The notes under the pieces were generated by a model that saw only the letters and a program-made list of their open reading frames with translations, did no database searches and was not told the DNA's origin. From the IMG/VR virus record IMGVR_UViG_3300021952_000001, positions 32,001 through 96,000 of that record: a stretch of DNA of 64,000 nucleotides. One strand, written 5' to 3'. Both the position numbers and the translations under genes were made by a program. The stretch comes from a virus. Its lineage: Duplodnaviria > Caudoviricetes. This document shows positions 15,066 to 25,486 of the stretch, one piece after another. Every line of letters starts with the position of its first letter. The stretch's first letter is position 1.

Positions 15066-17645
15066 ATGGCAATAATTAGATATACAAAAGATGCTACCAT
15101 TAGGTATGCTTATTTGAACATCTTCCCTGATCAGTTCAAAACAGATAAGGAAAAAGAAGATGAGAGTTGGATTAAGAATACAATGGACTATTTCTCCAAC
15201 AAAGCATATGCTGAGTACATCAAGAATAGAGATACGTTCGTAAAGAACTATGATCTTATGAAAGGAATCCTGAGAATGGAAGATTTCTATCAGGAACCAG
15301 AGGTAAGAAGTTTTACAGATGTGCTTACAGCGGATCTAGAACTTCCTGCATATGTAAAACATTATTCAATTATCACCACTCCTGTTAATGAATTAGTAGG
15401 AGAGATCTCTAAACGTCCAGATGCATTCAAAGTGAAAGCATTTGATGATGATAGTCAAGCAGAAGAACTTCAGTTTAAGACAGACATCCTTCATAAATAT
15501 GTAATGCAACAAGCTAAACAAAAGATTTATGAAAAGGCTGCTATGGAAGGAGTTGAACTTTCTGATGAGGATGCTGAGAAGATGACTATGGAACAGGTTC
15601 AGGATCAGCTAGATAACTATACATCTGTAGCAGAGAAATGGAGTAACCACATATTAACATGTCAAAAAGCAGACTTTAACCTAAAGGAGAAAAGCGAAGA
15701 TGCATTTAGAGATCTTTGTATTTCTGCTAGAGAATTTTATCACATCTATGAAGACAACTCAAAACTCGGATTTAACGTTGAAGTCGCAAATCCAAAAAAC
15801 ACATGGTTCCTTACCACACCAGACAGAAAATGGATTTCAGATCCTACAGGAAGAGCACAAGGAGCTTATGCTGCTGGGACTGTGCAGGTTATGGAATTAT
15901 CAGAGATCATTGAAAGCATTCCAGACCTTACAAAAGAAGAAATAGATCACTTAAGGAGTTCATTACAAGACTATGGACTTATTAATGTACGTGAGTCTAA
16001 CTTAGGTAATCCAGAAGCTACACCAGGACAAGACTCTGTACAGTATGATACATTTGACCCATTAGTTCTACAAACTCGTATGCTTATTGAAAGTGAGATG
16101 AAAGAGAACAATGATGGATTGAAAGACTTCTTAGGACTTACTAATAATGTTAGTTCATTTGGATATAAATATGTAGTTGTACGTAGTTATTGGATATCTA
16201 AGAAAAAGATTGGTAAGTTGATCTACTTGGATGAGATGGGTAATGAGCAATCTACATTAGTGGATGAGAGCTATAAATCAGGAACTATTCCTACACAACA
16301 ATCATTAGAATGGGGATGGATTAATCAATGGTACCAAGGAACTAAGATTGGTCCAGATATCTATCACATTAAACCATTCAAGTTATTAAACTATTGTCCT
16401 ATTATAGGAACAACATATGAAGTGAAGAATACAGAAGCTAAATCTCTTGTGGATCTTATGAAACCATTCCAAGTGATTTACAATGTATGTATGAATCAAT
16501 TGTATAAGCTTCTTGAGAAAGAGGTTGGTAAGGTGCAATTGATGTCACTGAGACATATTCCTATTCCAAAAGATGGAGATGCACAAGATGCTCTTGATAT
16601 CTGGGAAATGGAAGCACGTAATAGAGGAGTAGTGTTTGTTGATGATAGTCCAGAGAACATGAAATCTCCGAGCTCATTCAACCAGTTTACAGCATTAGAT
16701 CTTACACGTACACAAGAGATTCAATCTAGATATACATTAGCTCAACAAATCAAGAATGAATGCTGGGAACTTGTAGGATTATCTAAACAACGTTTAGGAA
16801 GCGTATCAGCTTCAGAAAGTGCTACAGGGACCAATACTGCTATACAACAAAGTTATTCGCAAACAGAGCCTTTATTTGTAGCACACGAGTATGTGTTAGG
16901 TCAATTATACCAAGCTATTATTGATGCAGCATTATATACAGAGAGTGCTAAGCCACAATCTACTCTTTCATACATTACAGGAGAAGGAGAAGCCGCATTT
17001 GTACAAGTGAATGGGTCAGATCTTAAGTTCAGAGACTTAAAAGTATTCTTAACTAATAGACCAGAAGATACTCAGATGTTTAATGAACTTAGACAATTGT
17101 CTCAAGCTGTTATTCAGAATGGTGGTACATTATATGAAATCATTGAACTATATAGCACTAAGTCTATTAGAGAGATGAAGAAAGTGTTTAAAGATCTTAG
17201 AGATAGACAGATTGCTCAACAAGAACAAGCACAACAACTTGAACAACAAAAAGTACAACAACAACAACAAGCTGTTCAAGCTCAAATTGCTTCTGCACAA
17301 CAATTACAACAAGAAAAACAAGCTCATGATGATTATCAAAATGAACTTGATAGAATCAATAAGAAAGAGATTGCTCTTATTGCAGCAGAAGCTAAGGGAG
17401 GTCCATTATCAGATCTTGATGCATCAGGAACTCCTGATGTTCTAGAAATCAATAAGTTAGCAATGGAACATTCAAAAGCTCAACAAGAATATGATGCTAA
17501 AATGGCTGATGTAAATTCTAAAAATGTATTAGCTGCACAAAAACTAAAACTAGAGCAAGAGAAAAATCAAATTGCTAGAGAGAATATGGCAAATGATTTG
17601 GCAGTAGCAAAAGAGAATGCTAAGGGCAGAAATAACAAAAAATAG
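15066..17645 (+). CDS. portal protein (crAss-like)
   Basis: 859 aa after terL; IFPDQF start, SLVDLMKPFQVIYN, GLSKQRLG and a Gln-rich coiled-coil barrel at the C-terminus. Confidence 0.88.
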   Translation: MAIIRYTKDATIRYAYLNIFPDQFKTDKEKEDESWIKNTMDYFSNKAYAEYIKNRDTFVKNYDLMKGILRMEDFYQEPEVRSFTDVLTADLELPAYVKHYSIITTPVNELVGEISKRPDAFKVKAFDDDSQAEELQFKTDILHKYVMQQAKQKIYEKAAMEGVELSDEDAEKMTMEQVQDQLDNYTSVAEKWSNHILTCQKADFNLKEKSEDAFRDLCISAREFYHIYEDNSKLGFNVEVANPKNTWFLTTPDRKWISDPTGRAQGAYAAGTVQVMELSEIIESIPDLTKEEIDHLRSSLQDYGLINVRESNLGNPEATPGQDSVQYDTFDPLVLQTRMLIESEMKENNDGLKDFLGLTNNVSSFGYKYVVVRSYWISKKKIGKLIYLDEMGNEQSTLVDESYKSGTIPTQQSLEWGWINQWYQGTKIGPDIYHIKPFKLLNYCPIIGTTYEVKNTEAKSLVDLMKPFQVIYNVCMNQLYKLLEKEVGKVQLMSLRHIPIPKDGDAQDALDIWEMEARNRGVVFVDDSPENMKSPSSFNQFTALDLTRTQEIQSRYTLAQQIKNECWELVGLSKQRLGSVSASESATGTNTAIQQSYSQTEPLFVAHEYVLGQLYQAIIDAALYTESAKPQSTLSYITGEGEAAFVQVNGSDLKFRDLKVFLTNRPEDTQMFNELRQLSQAVIQNGGTLYEIIELYSTKSIREMKKVFKDLRDRQIAQQEQAQQLEQQKVQQQQQAVQAQIASAQQLQQEKQAHDDYQNELDRINKKEIALIAAEAKGGPLSDLDASGTPDVLEINKLAMEHSKAQQEYDAKMADVNSKNVLAAQKLKLEQEKNQIARENMANDLAVAKENAKGRNNKK

Positions 17646-17654
17646 TAAAAAACT

Positions 17655-17672
17655 TCCCCTCTACGGAGGGGA
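17655..17672. terminator. hairpin after the portal gene
   Basis: TCCCCTC-TACG-GAGGGGA preceded by an A tract. Confidence 0.5.
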
Positions 17673-17728
17673 TAAATTACATTAATGCTATATTATCAAA
17701 AATATTGATCCACAAAGACTGATAAGTC

Positions 17729-17759
17729 TTTGATATTAAATATCCTTGATATACTTTTA
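17729..17759 (+). promoter_or_regulatory. Bacteroidota-type promoter for the capsid operon
   Basis: TTTG-N19-TACTTTTA, one mismatch from TAnnTTTG. Confidence 0.55.
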
Positions 17760-17791
17760 CATTAATAAACCAAACATAAATACAACTACAT

Positions 17792-19063
17792 ATGGCTGAT
17801 GATTTAGAAACTATGGGTAACTTTAGTATCCAAGATACTATGGAAATGGGTATGGGTAACCAAGAATTACTTCAAGGGTTATTCGAACCTGAAACTGCTT
17901 CTAGTAATCCTGATGATGTTGAACCTATAATCAATGAGGCTAATCCACCTGCTGCACCTGCTAAACCAGATGTACCAAAAGGTAAGGATATAGTACCTCC
18001 TAAAAATGTTGATGGTAAAACAGACGAAGAAAAACAAGAAGGACAATCTTTAATATCTGACTTTTTAAGTGATGATGAAGATGAAGATGATGATGATACA
18101 CCACCAGTAGCAAAAGCTCCTAAGAAAACAGAGACTGCTACAGATGAAGGTGATGATGATGATGAACCACAAGAAGGTACACAATTTTCTGCTCTTGCAA
18201 ATGACTTATTTAAGTTAGGTGTATTCACTAATGATGGAGAAGAAGATGAGGAACCAGTTTCTACAGCAGAAGAATTTCTAGAGAGATTTAATGCTGAAAA
18301 GAAGAAAGGTGCTTCTGAAATTGTACAAAACTTTATTGGACAATTTGGAGAAGACTACCAAGAAGCTTTTGATGCCATATTTGTAAAAGGAGTTAATCCT
18401 AAAGATTACTTCGGTACTTACAATCAAGTAGTTGATTTTGCTGAGATGGATTTAGCTGATGAAAATAATCAAGTTAGAATTATCAAACAAGCACTTACTG
18501 ATCAAGGATTTGATCCTGAAGATGTAGAAACAGAAGTTGAAAGACTTAAAAACTATGGAGATCTAGAAAGTGTTGCAGCTAAACATCATAAGGTATTGGT
18601 TAAAAAAGAAGCAGCTAAGCTTCAACAAATGGAATCTAAAGCTCAGCAAGAGTTACAACAAAAGCAAGCAATTAGAAACCAATATATTACAAATGTTCAA
18701 TCTATCCTACAGGATAAAGTGAAGAATAAAGAGTTTGATGGTATTCCTATCAATCCAAAAATAGCAGGCGAACTACAAGACTTCTTATTAGTTGATAAGT
18801 GGAAAACTCCTTCAGGAGAAACTCTTACAGACTTTGATCGTGCTATTTTGGATATGAAGAAACCAGAGAACCACGAGATGAAAGTTAAGGTGGGTCTTAT
18901 TCTAAAAATGTTAGAAAAAGATCCTACATTATCAACCATACAAAGAACAGGTGTGACTAAAAAGTCTAATCAGTTATTTGGAGAAGTTGCTAGACAGGTT
19001 TCTAAAGCTAAGAGTAGCGGAGGTCCTGGTTCAAAAGCTGACCCTAAATCATGGTTCTTATAA
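17792..19063 (+). CDS. putative capsid scaffolding protein
   Basis: Acidic disordered N-terminal half and helical C-terminal half; lies between portal and MCP as in crAss-like phages. Confidence 0.7.
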   Translation: MADDLETMGNFSIQDTMEMGMGNQELLQGLFEPETASSNPDDVEPIINEANPPAAPAKPDVPKGKDIVPPKNVDGKTDEEKQEGQSLISDFLSDDEDEDDDDTPPVAKAPKKTETATDEGDDDDEPQEGTQFSALANDLFKLGVFTNDGEEDEEPVSTAEEFLERFNAEKKKGASEIVQNFIGQFGEDYQEAFDAIFVKGVNPKDYFGTYNQVVDFAEMDLADENNQVRIIKQALTDQGFDPEDVETEVERLKNYGDLESVAAKHHKVLVKKEAAKLQQMESKAQQELQQKQAIRNQYITNVQSILQDKVKNKEFDGIPINPKIAGELQDFLLVDKWKTPSGETLTDFDRAILDMKKPENHEMKVKVGLILKMLEKDPTLSTIQRTGVTKKSNQLFGEVARQVSKAKSSGGPGSKADPKSWFL

Positions 19064-19097
19064 CAAACATATTAATAATTAACAAATTCGAATAAAA

Positions 19098-20651
19098 ATG
19101 GCAGTTCAAACAATCCCTGGGTTAACTGGTTTTACTTACGCTCGTGTTGCCTCTATGGACAAACGTGCAGTAGGAAAACTTACTGACTCAAATCACTTAG
19201 AGTCTTTTCACTCTACTGAGCCTGCTGACTATGATAAAAAAATCATCAGTCTGTATACGCAAAGCTCATTGTACAGTAACGACTTCTTGGACATGATCAA
19301 CAAGAGCACTCCTTATTACATTGATAATAACAGTGACGCTTGGAAATGGCAAGTAGCAGTTCCTTACAAATTCCCTAAAATTATCGATGTTCCTAGTTCT
19401 ACTCAACAATTGTTGAAACCAGGTATCGATGGTCAAGAATTTCAATTAGTAATTGATACTAATGAGTTTTCTAAAAATGCAATTGTATCTGTAGGTACTC
19501 GTCAGTACGGTCCTAGATTCTATGTAATCAAAGATCCTGTGCCTTGGAATGCTGGTTACTTGTATACATTTAACTTGGTAACTGATAACCCAACAGTTGA
19601 TTTCGTAACTCCAAATTTCTTACAAGTAGGTATTGAGTTAGAATTGGTTGATGCTGCTATCGGTGAGTTTGATCAAGACTTATTAGGTCTTCCTCGTTTA
19701 GGTGAGCAAATCACTATGTTTGAATCTTTAGGTTCTGCATATGGATATGAGCACAAAATCACAGAATGGGCTGATGACAAAATGATGAGAGATGCTGGTG
19801 GTAAACCATTAGATATCTTGGTATATGCTCCACAAAGACGTAACCAATTACCTTTAACTCGTAATGATGTTAAATGGGAACCGTTCATCGAGTTCTGGAT
19901 GCGTAAATCTATGTTAGAATTGAAAGTTAAACGTATGATCTGGGCTAAACCTGGAACAGTTAAAACTAATGGTTCTAAACAAGAAGTTAAACGTACATCT
20001 GCAGGTGTTTACCACAGAATGCGTAACAACGGAAACTTGGTACAATACAACCGTGGAGAATTCTCTGCTAACTTGATTCGTTCAGTATTTGGAGATTTGT
20101 TCTACAGAAGAGTAGATGTTAAAGACCGTAGAGTTAAAATGTACACTAATGAGGCTGGATTCGATGTATTCCAACAAGCTCTTAAAACTGATGCATTAAA
20201 TTCAGGTCTTACTTTCATGGCTGATTCTGGAAACAGATACATGCAAGGAGAAGGACAACATATCACTTACAACTTTGCATTTGATGCAATGGTAACTCGT
20301 GAGACTGGACGTGTTGAATTGATTCACTTGAAAGAATTAGATTTACCTCAAACTAACTTAGAGTTTGGACAAAACAAAAAATCTACTCCAGTATTTATGG
20401 TGTTTGATGTTTCTCCAATGTCTGATGGTTCAATGGTGAACAACATCCGTGAAGTTCGTATGAAAGGTGCGCCTTCTATGACTTGGGGTTATATTGATGG
20501 TACTCGTCACCACTTAGGTTTTGCTAAGTCTCAAGGTATGAGTTCAGCTAACAAATTCCCAGGATACGAAATCTGGATGAAAGACAGATGTGATGTATTC
20601 ATTGAAGATTTATCAAGAACTGTATTGATCGAAGAGATCCCACAATTCTAA
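19098..20651 (+). CDS. major capsid protein (crAss-like, HK97 fold)
   Basis: 517 aa; LTDSNHL near the N-terminus; strongly biased high-expression codons (CGT, AAC, TTC); synteny. Confidence 0.88.
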   Translation: MAVQTIPGLTGFTYARVASMDKRAVGKLTDSNHLESFHSTEPADYDKKIISLYTQSSLYSNDFLDMINKSTPYYIDNNSDAWKWQVAVPYKFPKIIDVPSSTQQLLKPGIDGQEFQLVIDTNEFSKNAIVSVGTRQYGPRFYVIKDPVPWNAGYLYTFNLVTDNPTVDFVTPNFLQVGIELELVDAAIGEFDQDLLGLPRLGEQITMFESLGSAYGYEHKITEWADDKMMRDAGGKPLDILVYAPQRRNQLPLTRNDVKWEPFIEFWMRKSMLELKVKRMIWAKPGTVKTNGSKQEVKRTSAGVYHRMRNNGNLVQYNRGEFSANLIRSVFGDLFYRRVDVKDRRVKMYTNEAGFDVFQQALKTDALNSGLTFMADSGNRYMQGEGQHITYNFAFDAMVTRETGRVELIHLKELDLPQTNLEFGQNKKSTPVFMVFDVSPMSDGSMVNNIREVRMKGAPSMTWGYIDGTRHHLGFAKSQGMSSANKFPGYEIWMKDRCDVFIEDLSRTVLIEEIPQF

Positions 20652-20764
20652 TAAATAAGAATTCCGAGAAAGATCCCCTCATCCCCACTCCCTCCTAGAG
20701 GGGATCAATCTCAATCATAGACTTAGTAAAGCCTCTTATGTTTTAACATAATGTAACTAAGTTA

Positions 20765-20819
20765 TAGAGTGATGGATTAGGCATTTCCTGATTGCATTCC
20801 CTTCGATGGGAACACTCTA
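20765..20819 (+). ncRNA. 55-nt three-way-junction, D-armless tRNA-like element
   Basis: TAGAGTG/CACTCTA closing stem, GATTAGG/CCTGATT hairpin and TTCCC-TTCGAT-GGGAA T-arm-like hairpin; ends 5 nt before tRNA-Met. Confidence 0.4.
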
Positions 20820-20824
20820 CAAAT

Positions 20825-20898
20825 CGTGTGGTAGAGCAGTTGGTTAGCTTGCTGGACTCATAATCCAGAGGTCGTAGGTTCGAGTCCTACCCACGCAA
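20825..20898 (+). tRNA. tRNA-Met(CAT), initiator (fMet)-like
   Basis: Cloverleaf with C1:A72 mismatch and A11-U24; anticodon arm CTGGA-CTCATAA-TCCAG; T arm GTAGG-TTCGAGT-CCTAC; CCA not encoded. Confidence 0.92.
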
Positions 20899-20934
20899 CT
20901 AAAATAAACCAAACATTATTAATTAAACTACATT

Positions 20935-21903
20935 ATGGGTAAATTAGGAAAGATCTCTACAATCAAAAGAGAGTATACCACTTCTCAATTGCAAACAATG
21001 CAAAGTGGGTTGGCACAGAAAGGATTAACTAGAATTCCTGGTACAGGAGTTTTTAAGTATCCTTACAAAGAATTAGATGGTAAGTATAGAACAGGATTAG
21101 ATCCAGATGCTGCTTACATTAGACGAATTGCAGATCCAACTGAAAGAGAATTAGAAACTGAAAGAGTTACTAATCTACGAGCTAAACTTGAAGCTGATCT
21201 AGGTGATATTGATCTTGGTCCACGTTCTAAGTTCTGGAACTATGGATTATCAACTTCTACAGAAGATCAATCTCATGTGCAGCCAGTTAAATTGTTAGAT
21301 GGTGATAACTATTATGATCTTTCTATTCCGTTTCAAGAACTTGCTTTTGCATGGTTGAGAGTACATCCTACTATTGCTTCTTCATACCAAGCTTGGGAAA
21401 GAGGAGATTATCCTGCAGATACTCAATTCTACATTGTAGATGATGAGATTGAAAATGCAGTGGTCTTCAAGAAAAAACAATTGATCAACAAAGCTATTGT
21501 TAAGTTTGATGCAATGACTCCTGAGAAAAAACGTAAAGTGGGTAGATTATTAGGTCTTCCAGTTACAGAGGATACAAAAGAAGAAGTTGTATACAACCAA
21601 GTAGATAACATGTTGAAACAATCAGAATTTAAGTCTGGTGCTTTCCAAGGATTAAATCCTGTAGAAGTATTCAACAGATTTGCTGACATGAAGGAAAATT
21701 TACTCCATATTAAAGATTTAGTTAAACAAGCTATTGCTCATTCAATTTATAGAGTTAAACCAAGTGGTAAAGTTTATGAAGGTGAATTTGAAATTGCTAA
21801 AGATGAAGAAGATCTTATCAAGTTCTTAGCTGATGATGACCATCAAGATGAGTTACTTGTATTAGAAGGAAAACTAAAAACTAAAAAACTAGCTTCTGTT
21901 TAA
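20935..21903 (+). CDS. conserved crAss-like post-capsid protein
   Basis: 322 aa, high-expression codon usage, position directly after MCP. Confidence 0.6.
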   Translation: MGKLGKISTIKREYTTSQLQTMQSGLAQKGLTRIPGTGVFKYPYKELDGKYRTGLDPDAAYIRRIADPTERELETERVTNLRAKLEADLGDIDLGPRSKFWNYGLSTSTEDQSHVQPVKLLDGDNYYDLSIPFQELAFAWLRVHPTIASSYQAWERGDYPADTQFYIVDDEIENAVVFKKKQLINKAIVKFDAMTPEKKRKVGRLLGLPVTEDTKEEVVYNQVDNMLKQSEFKSGAFQGLNPVEVFNRFADMKENLLHIKDLVKQAIAHSIYRVKPSGKVYEGEFEIAKDEEDLIKFLADDDHQDELLVLEGKLKTKKLASV

Positions 21904-21931
21904 GGAGCTAGTTTTATAAATATACAAGCAT

Positions 21932-22663
21932 ATGATACCAGTAGATAGTTTATTATACAAGATTGATCAAAAACTAAATAAACTATCAACTAATGAGCAC
22001 CAACAGATTCAACTAGAAGACAAAATCTTAGCTCTGAATGAGGCTCAGATAAAGTTGATAAAACAAAAAGTTGATGGCATTAGTGCTGCAAATGCAATGG
22101 GAATGGATGCTTTTAAGAAGCGTTATGAAGACCTACAAAGTCTTGTAATGAATTATGATCATCAACCATTACCTTTAGTATTGAAGGATGCTAATTTAAA
22201 TCAATGGGCTGCTAATGTACATACATTAGAACCAAAGTATATGTTCTACGTTGATAGCTATGCATTAGCTGATAAAGGTAGATGTATAGATAGACAGATC
22301 TGGATTAATCGAGATCTAGCTAAACACGGAGATTTACAGTTCATACTAAACAATGAACATTACAAACCTTCATTTGAATATCAAGAAACATTTAACTTTC
22401 TTGCTTCTGATGAGATAAGTATATTCACTGATGGAACTTTCACTCCAAAGACATTACAAATAATGTATATGCGTTATCCTGATTATATTAATAAAGAAGG
22501 ATATATTATGTTAGATGGAACACCTTCTTTTGATCAAGACTGTGAACTTGAAACATATCTAGAGGATGAATTATTAGATTTAACAGTTCAAAACCTAGCA
22601 ATGTATACTGAGAATCAATCTGCTGTACAAAATGCAGCATATAGGATTCAAACAAACGAATAA
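21932..22663 (+). CDS. putative head-tail ring/adaptor protein
   Basis: LNEAQ near the N-terminus, YMRYP and DCEL...DELLDLTV C-terminal pattern typical of crAss ring proteins. Confidence 0.6.
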   Translation: MIPVDSLLYKIDQKLNKLSTNEHQQIQLEDKILALNEAQIKLIKQKVDGISAANAMGMDAFKKRYEDLQSLVMNYDHQPLPLVLKDANLNQWAANVHTLEPKYMFYVDSYALADKGRCIDRQIWINRDLAKHGDLQFILNNEHYKPSFEYQETFNFLASDEISIFTDGTFTPKTLQIMYMRYPDYINKEGYIMLDGTPSFDQDCELETYLEDELLDLTVQNLAMYTENQSAVQNAAYRIQTNE

Positions 22664-22687
22664 ACTATTAATTTAAATAAATAAACA

Positions 22688-23785
22688 ATGGCTGATTTTT
22701 CATTAACCACGTTATTCGTGGTGCCAGTAGGACAGACTGTTCTTCCTAGCTCTGGTTCGACACAAGATCTTACTGCAGGTCAAGTAGGTATCTTCAACAG
22801 CAATTATGCAACTGTTAACGCAGGAACTATTGCAGCATCTCCTTATTTCTACGTTGCACAAGGTAGAGCTAACACTTACTTGCAAGGATCTAAAAGATCT
22901 GACAAAATTGCTAGTAATGGTTCTAACGTAACTGAATGGTACAAAGTATCAGGAACTACAACTGCAAATGTTCAAGTTACAGATGTAACAGATTTTAATG
23001 TACAAGCAGGTGAGGATATCACTTTGACTTTACGTGCTCACTCAAGCTACTTGGATACATTGTACTTCAATGGATTTACACGTTCAGTAACTGTAGCTGC
23101 TGCATGTTTAGAGTGTGGTGGTGATCCATGTGCTAGTGTTGATGTAAATGCATTAATTGATGCTTTGATTGCAAAATTAGAAGCTCAAGCTCCAGGTACT
23201 AACCCTGACAACATTTCATTGAACCAATTTTATACATTTGAAAATGTAGGTGGTACAATTTTACGTATTACTGGTAAACCATTAACTGCATATGGACAAC
23301 CATGTGATGTAGCTGCTTTTCCTTACGAATATGACAGAATGTATTTCCGTACTTTCGTATATGCTGGACCTGCTACAACTGCTGACTTTATTGTTGCTGA
23401 CAACTGTAACATTGTTGCTACAGCTACTGTAACTCAAGAAGCTTCTTACCCAACAGGTGTATCTGCAGAGATTGCACAATTGGAGAAAAACTTCTACAGC
23501 TACCAAGCTGGTTACTTGAAACATTTATATAGAATGAATGGTTACAATGAGAACTTTGAGTCTTATGTAGCTGCTGGTATCGCTTATGATACATTTTATA
23601 TCAAATTCAACGAGTACAACAAAGGTGCTTATGTATGGGGTGATTATATCCATGAAGATGCTACTGTAATTATTGCTGTTCCAGTTAACTCAATGCTTAC
23701 AAGTTCTCTTCAAAGTACGTTAGAAGCTGCTTTAGGTGCTCTTCCAAGCCCTTCTTCAACTACTACTACTACTACAACTATGTAA
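22688..23785 (+). CDS. abundant virion protein, probably the auxiliary capsid protein; poly-Thr tail
   Basis: 365 aa, MCP-like codon bias, beta-rich, ends in SSTTTTTTTM. Confidence 0.6.
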   Translation: MADFSLTTLFVVPVGQTVLPSSGSTQDLTAGQVGIFNSNYATVNAGTIAASPYFYVAQGRANTYLQGSKRSDKIASNGSNVTEWYKVSGTTTANVQVTDVTDFNVQAGEDITLTLRAHSSYLDTLYFNGFTRSVTVAAACLECGGDPCASVDVNALIDALIAKLEAQAPGTNPDNISLNQFYTFENVGGTILRITGKPLTAYGQPCDVAAFPYEYDRMYFRTFVYAGPATTADFIVADNCNIVATATVTQEASYPTGVSAEIAQLEKNFYSYQAGYLKHLYRMNGYNENFESYVAAGIAYDTFYIKFNEYNKGAYVWGDYIHEDATVIIAVPVNSMLTSSLQSTLEAALGALPSPSSTTTTTTTM

Positions 23786-23818
23786 TCCATAGAAGGTAGA
23801 AAATTTTAACAATAACCT

Positions 23819-23865
23819 ATGCCAGGGGAAAGAGGATAACTCATATTCCTCTGGCATATTTATTT
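23819..23865 (+). terminator. hairpin/terminator
   Basis: ATGCCAGGGGAA...TTCCTCTGGCAT followed by ATTTATTT. Confidence 0.5.
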
Positions 23866-23872
23866 AAACAAC

Positions 23873-24436
23873 ATGGCAGATTTAAAACTAGATATAATTG
23901 TAGTTCCTACATATAATGTATTTAACTTAGCAATTATGGATGCTTCTACATATCCTGATGATCCACCTTTGGTATCAGGTGCAACTATTGATATAGATGT
24001 ACCAGGATTTGGTTTAGTAAGCTTACCATTCATAGTTGGTGAATTGAATATATTTACATCATCAAATCTTGGCATAAGTGCTGTTGGTGTGAGTGAACCT
24101 CTCCCTGATGGAATATATCATTTAAGATATTCTATTGCACCAGCTACAACTAATTTTGTTGAGAAAACAATTATTCGTGTAGATAAACTACAAGAGAAGT
24201 TTGATGAAGCTTTTATGAAACTTGATATGATGGAATGTGATAGAGCTATTAAGACACAAGCAAAAGTGGATCTTAATACTGTATATTTCTTTATTCAAGG
24301 ATCAATAGCAGCAGCTAACAACTGTGCTGAGGTAGAGGCTAACAAATTGTACACTCAAGCAAATAAAATGTTAAATAACTTTATAAAAACCAATTGTGGT
24401 TGTTCAGGTAACAACTATCAAGTAAACTTTTACTAA
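23873..24436 (+). CDS. virion structural protein (fibre-attachment candidate)
   Basis: LPDGIYHLRY beta domain plus helical C-terminus ending CGC. Confidence 0.6.
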   Translation: MADLKLDIIVVPTYNVFNLAIMDASTYPDDPPLVSGATIDIDVPGFGLVSLPFIVGELNIFTSSNLGISAVGVSEPLPDGIYHLRYSIAPATTNFVEKTIIRVDKLQEKFDEAFMKLDMMECDRAIKTQAKVDLNTVYFFIQGSIAAANNCAEVEANKLYTQANKMLNNFIKTNCGCSGNNYQVNFY

Positions 24437-24437
24437 T

Positions 24438-24536
24438 ATGGCAACTTGTAATTCATGTGGAGCTAATGTGGGATGTGGATGTAACTTAAACAAAAGTGGA
24501 CAATGCGCAGCCTGTGCTTCTAAAGTAAATAAATAA
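24438..24536 (+). CDS. 32-aa Cys-rich peptide (MATCNSCGANVGCGCNLNKSGQCAACASKVNK)
   Basis: Manual translation; 6 Cys; fills the gap between neighbours exactly. Confidence 0.7.
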   Translation: MATCNSCGANVGCGCNLNKSGQCAACASKVNK

Positions 24537-24542
24537 TAAATT

Positions 24543-25457
24543 ATGTTATCACCTAGATTAACAAATTGTGTTGAGTGTTCAACTATACCAGTTTTATTAA
24601 ACAATATAGATTGTAAACTTGCAGAGATGGCTAATAATTTATATAACAATGTTATATTAATGCTTAACCAACCTGTTCAAGGAAATACAATTATTGATCT
24701 ATTGAACTACAGAAGAATACTTACTTTCAAGTATTGTAATCCAGATTATGCTGGATGTTATACAGTACCAATGATTGCTAGTAGAATTAAAATTCTAACA
24801 GCTGGATGTAAAACTATTCCATGTCAACCATGTATGGAACCACTTACAACAACTAGTACTTCTAGTACCAGTACCAGTACCAGTACCAGTACATCAACTA
24901 GTACAAGTACAACAACAACTACCACTACAACAGATCCATATTATTACTATATAGCTAATTTATATGCATGTCCTAATTGTGATACTCCTAGTGGTACTGA
25001 TACAATAATTAAATCAGTATCTCCTTTAACTATTGGAAATTGGATTCCTTGGGTTAGTGGTGGTAATGTTTATATGTTCAATGTATTGTCTGTAACAAGT
25101 CCTTTTTATATGGCAACATTTATTGATGCTGGTGGAGAAATTACAACCTGTGGTTGTCCGACAACTACAACTACTACTACCACAATTGCAGGTCCTACTA
25201 TTAACATAGGACTAGATGTATCATCTGGATGTAATATACTTACTCCAATTAGTGGAACATTTGATGGTGGTACTTTTTGTACTTCTTCAACTATAACTTC
25301 ATTAGGACTTCCATTTAGTGATTATATAGGATCACCTGATACATATGTATCATTTTTTGTATCTGATGGTAGTGGTCAATATAGAGAGGTACTCAATCCT
25401 GCAATAGGTGAACATACAGCAACAATTATAGGACCTTGTTCAACTTGTCCAGTATAA
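24543..25457 (+). CDS. Cys-rich structural protein with two poly-Thr/Ser linkers
   Basis: Helical Cys-containing N-domain, then Thr tracts separating two Cys-bounded beta domains. Confidence 0.7.
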   Translation: MLSPRLTNCVECSTIPVLLNNIDCKLAEMANNLYNNVILMLNQPVQGNTIIDLLNYRRILTFKYCNPDYAGCYTVPMIASRIKILTAGCKTIPCQPCMEPLTTTSTSSTSTSTSTSTSTSTSTTTTTTTTDPYYYYIANLYACPNCDTPSGTDTIIKSVSPLTIGNWIPWVSGGNVYMFNVLSVTSPFYMATFIDAGGEITTCGCPTTTTTTTTIAGPTINIGLDVSSGCNILTPISGTFDGGTFCTSSTITSLGLPFSDYIGSPDTYVSFFVSDGSGQYREVLNPAIGEHTATIIGPCSTCPV

Positions 25458-25486
25458 TAAATTAATAATATATAAATAAAAATAAA

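Noticed and set aside
13043-20651. Introns or inteins in terL, portal or MCP
   Set aside because: The ORFs are uninterrupted, of ordinary length, and show no intein or homing-endonuclease motifs.
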